A stretch of DNA of 63,865 nucleotides, counting the filler, from Octopus bimaculoides (Eukaryota): the NCBI RefSeq assembly GCF_001194135.2. It is 5 parts of 5 records of this genome, joined end to end, with 100 filler letters (N's around TTAATTAATTAA, not from the genome) between each part and the next. Parts side by side here need not be neighbours in the genome. Positions count along the whole stretch, not along the records: positions 57,416 to 63,865 come from NC_068981.1; 4 more parts are not named here. One strand, 5' to 3'. Positions 62,258 to 63,865 of the stretch are shown piece by piece (the stretch's first letter is position 1; every line of letters starts with the position of its first letter). The notes under the pieces were generated by a model. It was not told the origin of the DNA and searched no databases. It saw nothing but the letters and a program-made list of their open reading frames with translations. The translations under genes and the position numbers were made by a program.

Positions 62258-62258
<1 letters not shown>
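62147..62258 (-). mobile_element. Family-D SINE 3' part within (TAA)n
   Basis: atcgattacatcgaccccagtg..ctggtacttaatttatcgatcccgaaaagatga; (AAT)n at 62258-62312. Confidence 0.85.
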
Positions 62259-62314
<56 letters not shown>

Positions 62315-62425
62315 GAATTAATTACTAACATTGCCATTATAATTAGACAAAAACAGAAATGTTTATGGAGTGTTTCCACAAACCTACACACACGTATACA
62401 TACACGTGCCCGCACGCAAGGGAAA

Positions 62426-62456
<31 letters not shown>

Positions 62457-62934
62457 TACACATGTAGACATAATTACATACGTATATACGTACATAGACA
62501 TACGTACATACGTACATAGATAGATAGAGAGAAAGAGAGAGAAAGAGAGATAAAGGGCTGGGAAAGTGAGAGAACTGTAAGTATGCACACGTATACACGT
62601 ATATATCTGTTCACGTAGATGCAAATTTAATGTATAATAAGGTATAAACAACCACAGATACATATTCACATGCGCTGTAAAAGCCAGTCGTTTACTATTT
62701 TTATTTCTGTCTGGAATCCAGACGTTTCTTTCCTTAAAATTCTTCTCTTCTGATTATAAACATCTCTTGGGATATGAATGAGAGTTTGGTATAGTTGTTA
62801 AAACTAAAGTTCAACTAGAATTTCACAATGCTTCTGCAACTCTGTTCAAAAACTAAATGTTACAATGGAATAGGATATCACGGTGTATTCAATGCTTCAA
62901 AGTATATACTTTGGCTAACTTGTATGTGTTTTGT

Positions 62935-63050
62935 TTTTGTGTGTATATGTGCGTATGAGTGAGTGAGTGAGTGAGTATGTGTGTGTTTGTGTATGTGTGT
63001 GTGTGTGTGCGTGTGTGTGTGTGTGTGTGCGTGCGTGTGTGTATGAATGT
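62935..63050. repeat. (TG)n/(GAGT)n microsatellite
   Basis: Direct inspection. Confidence 0.9.
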
Positions 63051-63865
63051 ATATACGCGTAGTTGCAATTCGTCATGCGAATACACACTCGTAACACTGC
63101 CTCAAGATTACTCGTTGAATCTATTATTCTTGCTAAATGTGTTTTCATAGCGACTACACGTTCTTGGTCTTTATTCTTTTGATAGGCGTATGACAACCTT
63201 CAACAGCACAAAGATGCAATTCCGAAACATATCAAAGAAGCAGCTGTTTATCAAAATCTTCTTATACAGCAACAACACACAATTAAAACCTCAGTGTTTA
63301 TTAACATCGTTCGACCGACACTCACCCCGTGATAAATTGTATTCTATCTTCAGATATTCGTAATCACTTTTTTTATATAATAGTAAGATAAAATATGAAG
63401 CTGATCAGCAGCCTAGTAACTACTTCAATGACTTCTGGCTGTGAGTGAGGTACATTTCCTGTTGAAGCAAAGATCTATGCTCAGTGTCTCTGCCACTACA
63501 TAAGAAGTATCTTCGAACACCCATACATACATGCATACAGACATACATACGTACATAAATACATATATACATATATACATACATATATATATATTCATTA
63601 GAAATGCAGAGACGCCTATAATAGGACATCTACTCGCTAGAAATAGCAGCAAAAATACTACATACCACAAAAGTTAGGGATAATTTCGAAAGGAAATGAA
63701 AAATAAAAACTTTTACCAATCTATATTCTGTACCATGGTTTCAAGTCAATTTTAGTAAGATAAAGATTATATCTTACAAGGTCAGACTTTCGTCAGCAGA
63801 ATTGACCAGACAACATATGAAGCACGAATCAGTACGCAGCATGGTTCGTGTTTTTATGTCTAATT

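Overview
Eukaryotic, AT-rich, very repeat-dense non-genic DNA. The SINE families and microsatellite load look like Octopus (coleoid cephalopod) DNA; this is an inference from remembered repeat sequences, not a database result. Four identical N44-TTAATTAATTAA-N44 spacers show the window is five concatenated pieces (1-24494, 24595-36268, 36369-44662, 44763-57315, 57416-63865), so adjacency across them is not biological. I cannot support any intact host protein-coding gene. Most long ORFs in the track are microsatellite or N-gap artefacts. Recognisable content: many tRNA-derived SINEs; decayed LINEs (RTE, RTE-X-like, R4/Dong-like, two HERO-like); Penelope-like RT remnants; a deleted Ty3/Gypsy with a triplicated tRNA-Ser PBS nested in a mariner; and DNA transposons (two head-to-head piggyBac copies plus their MITE, a Tigger/pogo deletion derivative, three mariners, Tc1, hAT MITEs, a Sola-like DDD element, a Helitron 3' end). 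The most interesting signal is a set of minimal type I hammerhead-ribozyme motifs with short, mostly palindromic stem III. They include a ~302-nt tandem unit bounded by two hammerheads (retrozyme/circRNA candidate, 12.6-13.05 kb), a head-to-head inverted pair forming a ~195-bp palindrome (17.9-18.05 kb), and three further motifs at 23.7, 24.1 and 41.4 kb.
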